Source: Gemmatimonas sp.
Lineage (GTDB): Bacteria; Gemmatimonadota; Gemmatimonadetes; Gemmatimonadales; Gemmatimonadaceae
Direction of reading: 5' to 3'
Assembly (NCBI GenBank): GCA_965279375.1
Contig: OZ257156.1
Location: forward strand, 3,040,001 to 3,104,000
Length of the DNA stretch: 64,000 bases
In this document: positions 50,115-64,000 of the stretch, one piece after another
How the letters are laid out: each line of letters opens with the position of its first letter
Numbering within the stretch: the first letter of the stretch is position 1
The notes under the pieces: model-generated
What the model was told of the DNA's origin: nothing
The model's database searches: none
What the model saw: the letters and a program-made list of their open reading frames with translations, nothing else
Translations under genes and position numbers: made by a program

Positions 50115-51443
50115 TCATGATTGCAGGACCGCCGGCAACATCTCGCCACGCTTGCGGAATACATCGTTGGCGCGCTCGCTCGATGCGCTCCGCAACGCCA
50201 GCAACGCTGACGCCCCGAACAACACCGCCTGCACGCTGAACACCACCAGATAGCCACGCACCGGCGACGACATGACCGAGCGCGCGAGGTCCACACCCGC
50301 CGCGCCCGTCATTGTCCCTGCCGCGTACGCGATCGCCTGCGCCGCACCGAACACGCCAAGCCGAAGTCCCGCGCGACCGTCAGTGCGATCACCCGTCAGC
50401 GACATCATCGAACCGATCGCGCCGATGGCAAACACACCGTTGGCGAGCCCCAACAGTCCAACGATCACTCGGAAGTACGCCGGATCACCGATCGCCGGCG
50501 ACGCCGCGAGGGCGACATACGTGATCGCCGAGGCAAGGCATCCCGCCGCTGCCCAGTGCCGCAGCTGACCGGTGCGCGTCGCGATCAGCGCGGTCATGAC
50601 CATGCCCGCCAGCACACCACCGTGATGCATGCCCGAGAGCTTCGTGCTCTCGCCCGGCGTCATACCGAAGGCCAGACCGGCGAACGGCTCGAGGATCAGA
50701 TCCTGCGCGCTGTACGCGAACATCGCGAGGAAGATGAAGCCTGCGAAAATGCGCGCGGCCGGCTCCTGCCACACGGAGGCAAACGACGTGCGGAACGATT
50801 CCTTGGACGCCTTCGTCACCGCCGACTCATTCTCGATGGCCTGCGCGGGGAGAGCACCGCGCTCGATCCCAAGCGTGGCGAAGATGCCGACCACAAGTCC
50901 GACGCCACCGATGCCAGCCGCGATGGTGATGAGCCGCGAGTACGAGAACGGATCGAGCAGCGCGCCCGACGTCGCTGCAGTGATGATGATGCCGACGATC
51001 ATCAGGATCCACGTGATCGCAGCGGCACCAGCACGCTGCTCCGGGCGCGAGCGTTCGCTCATCAGCGCGAGCAGCGGCGTCCCCGCCGCACTCACGCCAG
51101 CACCCAGCACGATGCTCGCGATCGACGCCAACACGATCCCCAACACGGTGCGCTCGGCCATGATCGGAATGCTCGCCGCGACACCGACGCCACCGACGGC
51201 GCAGACGGCCAAGCCACCAAGAATCCACGGCGTCCGACGGCCGCTGCGATCGCTGTCGAAGCCGAGCCGCGGACGCAGTAACAGCTGCACACCGAAGTGC
51301 AGCGCGACCAATATGCCGGGGACGGTCGCCGGGAGTGCCAGCTCCACCACGATGACCCGGTTGATCGTCGTCGTGAGCAGCACCACCACTGCGCCGATCG
51401 CGGCCTGCACCAAGCCCAGTCGCGTCAGCTGCCACCAACTCAT
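50115..51443 (-). CDS. pucC: BCD-family MFS protein (PucC/Bch2)
   Basis: RLGLVQ..IG, NRV..VEL, RRTPWI.GG, QDLILEPF; located between bchG and bchP. Confidence 0.88.
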   Translation of the reverse strand: MSWWQLTRLGLVQAAIGAVVVLLTTTINRVIVVELALPATVPGILVALHFGVQLLLRPRLGFDSDRSGRRTPWILGGLAVCAVGGVGVAASIPIMAERTVLGIVLASIASIVLGAGVSAAGTPLLALMSERSRPEQRAGAAAITWILMIVGIIITAATSGALLDPFSYSRLITIAAGIGGVGLVVGIFATLGIERGALPAQAIENESAVTKASKESFRTSFASVWQEPAARIFAGFIFLAMFAYSAQDLILEPFAGLAFGMTPGESTKLSGMHHGGVLAGMVMTALIATRTGQLRHWAAAGCLASAITYVALAASPAIGDPAYFRVIVGLLGLANGVFAIGAIGSMMSLTGDRTDGRAGLRLGVFGAAQAIAYAAGTMTGAAGVDLARSVMSSPVRGYLVVFSVQAVLFGASALLALRSASSERANDVFRKRGEMLPAVLQS

Positions 51444-52363
51444 CGGACGGCCTCGATCATCGGCGTGGAGCGCACCGCGAACGCCGCGATCATCATGCCC
51501 CACACGTAGAACGGCACGCCGGCTGCACTGAGAAACAGCGCCTTCTCGATGGGCGCCTTGATGAAGCGCACCATCATCGCCGCTTGCACGACAGTCAGCG
51601 CGCCGATGGCAAGTGCATGCCACGGCCGATCCCACGAGATCAACAAACCAATCGCAACCGCCTGCGCGAGCAGCATCACTCCAGACGCCACCTTCGCCGC
51701 GCCTGCAGGACCAAGCAGCACGGGCAGCGACCGCACATTCATCTTGCGATCACCTTCGATCGCCTTGAAGTCGTTGAGCGTCATGATGCCGTGCGCGCCG
51801 ACTGAATACACGAAAGCGAGCAGCAGAATCGGGGCCGGCGGAATGCGATTGCCCAGCATCACACCGGCGCCGACGACCCACGCCAATCCTTCATAGGTAA
51901 AGCCGACGGCGGCGTTCCCGAGCCAGCCGTTTTGCTTGAGACGAACGGGCGGTGCGCTGTAGGCCCACGAGAAAACGAGGGCCAGCGCGACGGCGCCGAT
52001 GCCGAAATTGCCGAGGGGAATCGCTGCGGCGAGTGACAGCAGCGTCCAGAAGATCGCGAGACCCAAACCCCACATGCCGGGGATGCGGCCCGACGGGATT
52101 GGGCGGTTGGGCTCATTGATCGCATCCACATGCCGGTCGAACCAATCGTTGACGGCCTGACTGGAGGCGCACACGAGGGGACCGGTGATGCAAATGCCGA
52201 GGGCCAGCAACGGAATGCGGTCACCGAGTGGGACACCCGCGGAAATGGTGCCGCAGGTGAACGCCCACATGGGCGGAAACCAGGTGACCGGCTTGAGCAG
52301 CGTCAGGACCGCTTTCGGGTCCGGGCGGGCCGGGGATCGTTGTAAGGGGACACTGACGCTCAT
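51440..52363 (-). CDS. bchG: Bacteriochlorophyll synthase
   Basis: LLKPVTWFPPMWAF, NDWFDRHVDAINEP.RPIPSGR, GAHGIMTLNDFK. Confidence 0.96.
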   Translation of the reverse strand: MSVSVPLQRSPARPDPKAVLTLLKPVTWFPPMWAFTCGTISAGVPLGDRIPLLALGICITGPLVCASSQAVNDWFDRHVDAINEPNRPIPSGRIPGMWGLGLAIFWTLLSLAAAIPLGNFGIGAVALALVFSWAYSAPPVRLKQNGWLGNAAVGFTYEGLAWVVGAGVMLGNRIPPAPILLLAFVYSVGAHGIMTLNDFKAIEGDRKMNVRSLPVLLGPAGAAKVASGVMLLAQAVAIGLLISWDRPWHALAIGALTVVQAAMMVRFIKAPIEKALFLSAAGVPFYVWGMMIAAFAVRSTPMIEAVR

Positions 52364-52384
52364 GGGCGTCTAGTTTAGTTTACA
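52341..52384. promoter_or_regulatory. Paired PpsR/CrtJ-like palindromes over the bchG promoter and start codon
   Basis: TGT-N12-ACG (52341-52358) and CGT-N12-ACA (52367-52384), 8 bp apart; each has one mismatch to the TGT-N12-ACA consensus. Confidence 0.7.
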
Positions 52385-52444
52385 GTACCAAAATGCAACA
52401 GAGTATTTTTTGCCTCTGTCGGCGCTTTTTTGCCGGATTTTCGC

Positions 52445-53884
52445 CTAGCTGACTGTCTCTTCGTCGCGATCGGAGCCCGGCGTCACCAGCCGGTGTCTAC
52501 GCAGCTTGACATACAGGCTCTGACGGCTGACGCCGAGCACTTCGGCGGCCGAGGTCCGGTTGTCGTTGGTGAGCTCGAGCGCCGCTTCTATAAAGTGGCG
52601 TTCGACCAGATCGACGGTGTCGCGGACGAGGTCCCGGAGCGAGACTCGGCCGACGAGCCCCGTGAGCTCTTCGACAGCGCGCGAGAGGTCGCGAGCGCCC
52701 TGCGGACTGGCCGCCAGCCGGCGGCCGATGTCGCGGATCGAGAAGCCGATGCACGGCTCTTCGCCTTCCGGCACCCACACAGCCGACACTTCGACTTCGC
52801 TCTGGCTGCCATGCATGCCGCGCGCGGCGGTTCCGATGAGTCGGACCGCGCCGTTCTTCCGCAGCATGCTCTGGAAGATCGTGAAGTCGGCGCCTGGGCG
52901 ACCGATCCAGTTGGAGATCGGCAGCCCGCGTGCCTGGTCTTCGCTGGCCAGCTCCACGATGTCGAGAAACGCGCGGTTGGCCGTGAGGATACCGCCCTCG
53001 AGATCCGTGACCACAAACCCGTCGGGGGACCGTTCGATCAGGTCGAGCAGGCGCGCCGGAGATCCAGCCGTCGCGTCCGGTGATGCCGCATCGGATGGCG
53101 ACAGACGCACGAGCAACAGCGTCGCCGACTCCTGTCGGAAGCAGGACGCGGAGACGTGGTACGAGCGGTCATTGCCGGTGACGCCTACCGTGATGTCACC
53201 TGCACGGCCGGCACTGCGCGCGGCCGTTAGCAGCGTTTCCAACGCGGTCGCGCTTCCGGGGGCCACGCCGAACGGGAAGGGGAGCCCGATGATCTGTTCG
53301 GCGGGGAGATTGAAGATCTGTCCGGCGGCGCCGTTCGCGTCGAGCACCTTGAGCGTGGAGGCATCGATGACGAGGATGCCATCGCTCGAGAGCTGGAAGA
53401 GGAGGCGATAGCGCGTTTCCACGTGACGCATGCGCCAGTAGTCGCGCTCCATCGACTGCTGCGCTTCCACCAGTCGCTGCTGCAACGCCGAGACGTGCCG
53501 CATGTCGCGACCGACGGCCACGATGTCGCCGTTGCGGCCGAGTCGCAGCGCGGTGTAGGAGACCGGCAGATCGACGCCGTCGGTGAGGACGTGATTGATC
53601 TGGCGGCGCTTGCTCATCCCGGCCGTGGCCGCTTCGCGAATGAGCGTTTCGATCTTCAAGCGAGCCTCGATCGTGACCGTATCAGCCCACGGTCGGCCAA
53701 CCCACTTGCGCACGCTGTCGAACTGCGTGTCGCCCGCGTTGACGGCTACGTCGCGAATGACCCCCGCGCTGTCCATGACGAGCGCGATGTCACCAGTAAC
53801 AGCGAGGAGCGCAGCCGCTGCGCTGGCATCGAGCTCCCCGAAGACCGGATCATTCGCGTCGAAGGGCTTCACTGAGCTCGCCAT
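52445..53884 (-). CDS. ppsR: Photosynthesis transcriptional regulator PpsR/CrtJ
   Basis: PAS domains, Q-linker LQQRLVEAQQSMERDY..ETRYR, HTH NRTSAAEVLGVSRQSLYVKL. Confidence 0.95.
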   Translation of the reverse strand: MASSVKPFDANDPVFGELDASAAAALLAVTGDIALVMDSAGVIRDVAVNAGDTQFDSVRKWVGRPWADTVTIEARLKIETLIREAATAGMSKRRQINHVLTDGVDLPVSYTALRLGRNGDIVAVGRDMRHVSALQQRLVEAQQSMERDYWRMRHVETRYRLLFQLSSDGILVIDASTLKVLDANGAAGQIFNLPAEQIIGLPFPFGVAPGSATALETLLTAARSAGRAGDITVGVTGNDRSYHVSASCFRQESATLLLVRLSPSDAASPDATAGSPARLLDLIERSPDGFVVTDLEGGILTANRAFLDIVELASEDQARGLPISNWIGRPGADFTIFQSMLRKNGAVRLIGTAARGMHGSQSEVEVSAVWVPEGEEPCIGFSIRDIGRRLAASPQGARDLSRAVEELTGLVGRVSLRDLVRDTVDLVERHFIEAALELTNDNRTSAAEVLGVSRQSLYVKLRRHRLVTPGSDRDEETVS

Positions 53885-54794
53885 GGCCACTCGTTGCCTC
53901 CCGCATGGTCGCGAGGGTCGGTGTGGTTGCAGACGCCGAGAGGAGCTCGCGTGCGATATCCGGCGCCTGTCGCGCGTCCACCGCGTAGGCGTCGGCGCCA
54001 ACCCGGGCCACCATCTCCGGATCGTCCAAGAACACCTTGCCACCCACCATGACGCGAACGTTGGGATTGCGCGACGCTGAGCGCAGCCGACGGATCTCGC
54101 GCTTGAGGGAGGAGAGGCGATTTTCGCAGCCCACCGAGAATCCGATGACGTCGAACGACTCGCTCGAGACCATCGCCATCAGATCGCTCTCGGTCCATGG
54201 AGCTCCAACCAGCACACGCCACCCGTCACGGAGCAGGAACTCGGCGACGATGATCACGCCCAGCGTATGCTGTTCCCCTGGCACGCAGGTGAGCAGCACG
54301 TTGCCCGTCGTTTCGGCGCGGCCGGAGTCGGCGAGGAAGTGCTGGGACAGGTCACGCAGGAGCCGCTGAATGCGGCCCATCGCGACCGTCACCTCGACGA
54401 AATCGCACTCGTCGGCATCCCACAACGTCCCCAAACGTCGCGCGGTCGGCGCCAGCAGGTCGACGTAGATCGACTCGATCGGCGCACCGTCGGCGACGAG
54501 ATTCCGGACGTACTGCACGGCGGATCCGTCGTCGGTGCCACGAATGGCCGCGACGAAGGCCGACACGTCTTCTTCGGAAAGCTTTCGAGCCACGGCGGAA
54601 GTCAGGGAGGGAGGGACCGGACCGACTCGATGACTGAGCATGAGCCGGGGCACGATCTCGTCCTGGATCATGCGCTCCAATCGCTCACGCTGGCGCGCAG
54701 CGGCGGACGGTGAAAGGTCAGCCAAGCCAGCCTTTCCCAGTGCACTGATGTCGAGTGGTCTTTCCACGGCAGGTTTGTGGGGCGCGCCGAACAT
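53850..54794 (-). CDS. aerR: Cobalamin-binding antirepressor AerR/PpaA
   Basis: EIVPRL, LLAPTARRLG.LW..D.CDF, PGEQHTLG B12 motif, VMVGG; directly upstream of ppsR. Confidence 0.9.
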   Translation of the reverse strand: MFGAPHKPAVERPLDISALGKAGLADLSPSAAARQRERLERMIQDEIVPRLMLSHRVGPVPPSLTSAVARKLSEEDVSAFVAAIRGTDDGSAVQYVRNLVADGAPIESIYVDLLAPTARRLGTLWDADECDFVEVTVAMGRIQRLLRDLSQHFLADSGRAETTGNVLLTCVPGEQHTLGVIIVAEFLLRDGWRVLVGAPWTESDLMAMVSSESFDVIGFSVGCENRLSSLKREIRRLRSASRNPNVRVMVGGKVFLDDPEMVARVGADAYAVDARQAPDIARELLSASATTPTLATMREATSGHGELSEALRRE

Positions 54795-54862
54795 TGCCGC
54801 TCGGTCTCCGAGACGCAAGAACAAAAACTCCGCGCCGCGAACATTGCGCGAACCCGAGAAAT

Positions 54863-54896
54863 TGTCAAGCAAACTTGACGTCAATCTTTCTTGACA
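54863..54896. promoter_or_regulatory. Tandem overlapping PpsR-like palindromes in the divergent aerR/bchF promoter
   Basis: TGTCAA-N6-TTGACG (54863-54880) and CGTCAA-N6-TTGACA (54879-54896). Confidence 0.8.
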
Positions 54897-54919
54897 ACTT
54901 TCTTCCCTCACCCTACCAT
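54891..54919 (+). promoter_or_regulatory. Sigma70-type promoter of bchFNBHLM
   Basis: TTGACA-17 nt-TACCAT; the -35 element overlaps the PpsR-like box. Confidence 0.7.
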
Positions 54920-54967
54920 CGAAGCCATCTGGGTAGCGAACCCCCGGAACAAGACGGCTTACGCAAC

Positions 54968-56838
<1,871 letters not shown>

Positions 56839-56870
56839 GACGACGTGATGCGGATTCTGCGGATGGCTCC

Positions 56871-58572
56871 ATGGAACTGACACTCTGGACGTACGAAGGT
56901 CCGCCGCATGTTGGCGCGATGCGCATCGCCACCTCTATGGAAGGCGTGCACTACGTGCTGCACGCGCCGCAGGGTGACACGTACGCTGACCTGCTGATCA
57001 CGATGATCGAGCGGCGCGACAAGCGCCCGCCGGTTACGTATACGACGTTCCAGGCGCGCGACCTTGGTGGTGACACGGCGGAGTTGGTGAAAGCGTCGGT
57101 GCGCAGCGCGTACGAGCGCTTCAAGCCGCAGGCGATGCTCGTGGGCGAATCGTGCACGGCGGAGCTCATTCAGGATCAGCCGGGCTCACTCGCGCAGGGG
57201 ATGAACCTGCCGATTCCCATCGTGCCGCTCGAGTTGCCCGCGTACTCCAAGAAGGAAAACTGGGGCGCGAGCGAGACGTTCTATCATCTCGTGCGCACAC
57301 TGTTGTTGCCGGTGGTGCCGGCGCCGGGTACGCCGCGGCCTGTGCGTCCCGCTGGGCAGCGCGCGCGTTGCAACCTGCTTGGCGCCACGCTGCTGGGATT
57401 CCGCAATCGCGACGACGTGCGTGAGATCACGCGTCTGTTGGCCGAGGTCGGTGTCGACGTGCATGTGTGCGCGCCGCTTGGAGCGACGCCCGATCAGCTG
57501 CGCACGATGCCGGAAGCGGACTTCAACATCGTGCTGTATCCCGAGATCGCGGAGACGACGGCGCGCTGGCTGCAGAAGTCGTTCGGCATGCCGTTCGTGA
57601 AGACGGTGCCGATCGGTGTGGGAGCAACGCGCGATTTCCTGCGTGAGGTTGGTGAGAAGGCGGGTGTGGATGTCGAGCCGATTCTCGTGCGCGAGCGCGT
57701 GGGTGATGCGCAGGTGAGCGCGAGTCGCTCGCTGCTGCCGTGGTATTCACGCTCGGTGGACGCGACCTATCTCACGGGCAAGCGTGTGTTCGTGTTCGGC
57801 GATGCCACGCACGTGCTGGCGGCGGCGCGCATCGCGAAGGAAGAGCTGGGCTTCAATGTGGTGGGCATCGGCACGTATGCGCGTGAGTATGCGCGAGACG
57901 TGCGTGAGGCGGCCAAGGCGATGGGCATCGAGGCGTTGATCAGCGACAACTATCTCGAAGTCGAGAAGACCATCGCCGATCTCGCGGTCGAGCTGGTATT
58001 GGGCACGCAGATGGAGCGCCACATCGCCAAGCGCCTTGGCGTGCCGTGCGCGGTGATTTCGTCGCCGATTCACGTGCAGGATGTGCCGGCGCGTCATTCG
58101 CCGCAGATGGGTTTCGAAGGCGCCAACGTGATTTTCGATACGTGGGTGCACCCGCTGATGATGGGACTCGAAGAGCATCTCCTGCAGATGTTCCGTGAGG
58201 ACTTCGAGTTCGGCGATGGCTCGACGGCGTCACATCTGCACTCGGTGGCACCGCGCGATGCGGTCGCTCGCACGGCGCCGTCCGGTGCGCCTGCAGCAGT
58301 GAGCGCTGGCGTGACCGGCGAGTACGAGGCCAATCCGGAGCCTGCGGGCGCCGTGGGCTTGGCCGAAGAAGAGACCGAAGACAACGAGGCCGCTGCGGCA
58401 CCCGCGCCAACGACTCCGGTGGAAGCGCGCTGGTCGTCGTCGGCCGAAGCGGAGCTCAAGAAGATTCCATTCTTTGTTCGCGGCAAGGCGCGTCGCAACA
58501 CGGAGAAGTACGCGTTGGCGCATGGCGTCGCCGAGATCTCGGTGGACACGCTGTACGAAGCAAAGGCGCACT

Positions 58573-58583
<11 letters not shown>
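56871..58583 (+). CDS. bchB: Dark-operative protochlorophyllide reductase subunit B
   Basis: [31 protein letters not shown]-terminal [15 protein letters not shown]. Confidence 0.97.
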
Positions 58584-63308
<4,725 letters not shown>

Positions 63309-63309
63309 G

Positions 63310-64000
63310 ATGGCCAAGACCGTAGCAAATTCACCGAATTCAGACCCGTCGTTCGCGGGAACGCCGGTTGGGGGTTCGCAAGCCGCATCGTCGTCGTACC
63401 TCGAGCGGCGGGCCTGGATCGGTGAGTATTTCGACAAGACGGCCGCGGATGGCTGGAAGACGCTGACCTCGGACGCGCCGGTCTCGCGTGTGCGGGCGAC
63501 GGTGCGCGAGGGGCGCGACACGATGCGCCGTACGCTGCTCAGCTATTTGCCGGACGATTTGTCGGGGAAGCGCGTGCTCGATGCCGGCTGTGGCACGGGG
63601 ATGCTGGCGATCGATCTCGCGATGCGCGGCGCCGAGGTGGTGGCGGTGGACTTGTCGCCCACGTTGGTGGCGCATGGCGCCGAGCGGGCGGAAGCGGCGG
63701 GTGTCCTCGATCGCATCGATTTCCGTGCGGGCGACATGCTCGATCCGTCGTTCGGCACGTTCGACATGGCCGTGGGGATGGATTCGCTGATCCACTACGA
63801 CCTGCCGGAGATTCTGGCCTCGCTGCGCCAACTGGTGGGACGGACGCGGTCGCAGGTGCTGTTTACCGTGGCCCCCTTCACGCCTGTACTGGGAACCCTG
63901 TTGACGGTGGGGCGCCTGTTTCCCCAACGTGATCGGTCGCCGCGCATCGTACCAATGTCGGAGCGTCGCCTGCGGAAGTCGATCGGGGCGGATTCGGCGT
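63310..64000 (+). CDS. bchM: Mg-protoporphyrin IX methyltransferase (runs off the window edge)
   Basis: YFDKTA...W..LTSDAPVSRVRATVREGR, VLDAGCGTG, MDSLIHY; follows bchL. Confidence 0.93.
   Translation, partial: MAKTVANSPNSDPSFAGTPVGGSQAASSSYLERRAWIGEYFDKTAADGWKTLTSDAPVSRVRATVREGRDTMRRTLLSYLPDDLSGKRVLDAGCGTGMLAIDLAMRGAEVVAVDLSPTLVAHGAERAEAAGVLDRIDFRAGDMLDPSFGTFDMAVGMDSLIHYDLPEILASLRQLVGRTRSQVLFTVAPFTPVLGTLLTVGRLFPQRDRSPRIVPMSERRLRKSIGADSA

Overview
High-GC bacterial chromosomal window, most consistent with a phototrophic member of Gemmatimonadota (inferred from the gene repertoire and photosynthesis-cluster layout). From left to right it holds: type II secretion minor pseudopilins gspH-I-J-K; a PQQ-type sugar dehydrogenase and an S41 protease; a central-carbon cluster (tal [frameshifted], pyk, MBL hydrolase, pgi, fba); ytxH-yihY; an inserted surface-lipoprotein gene flanked by a duplicated ltaE 5' remnant; ltaE; SRP RNA with dnaX-ybaB-recR-mglB-mglA-pgsA; cinA-grpE-dnaJ; an accessory block (AraC/VOC, symporter, BNR-repeat protein, yccF, AAC(2')-like GNAT, NIPSNAP); iscS-mnmA; two tandem uncharacterised Zn-ribbon membrane-protein paralogues; kynA-kynB and bshB1; hemA-hemE-hemF-hemY directly downstream of bchG-pucC-bchP; and the start of an anoxygenic photosynthesis gene cluster (ppsR, aerR, bchFNBHLM) with paired PpsR-type palindromes. 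No tRNA, rRNA, CRISPR array or transposase was recognised. All calls rest on motif recognition by eye, without database searches.
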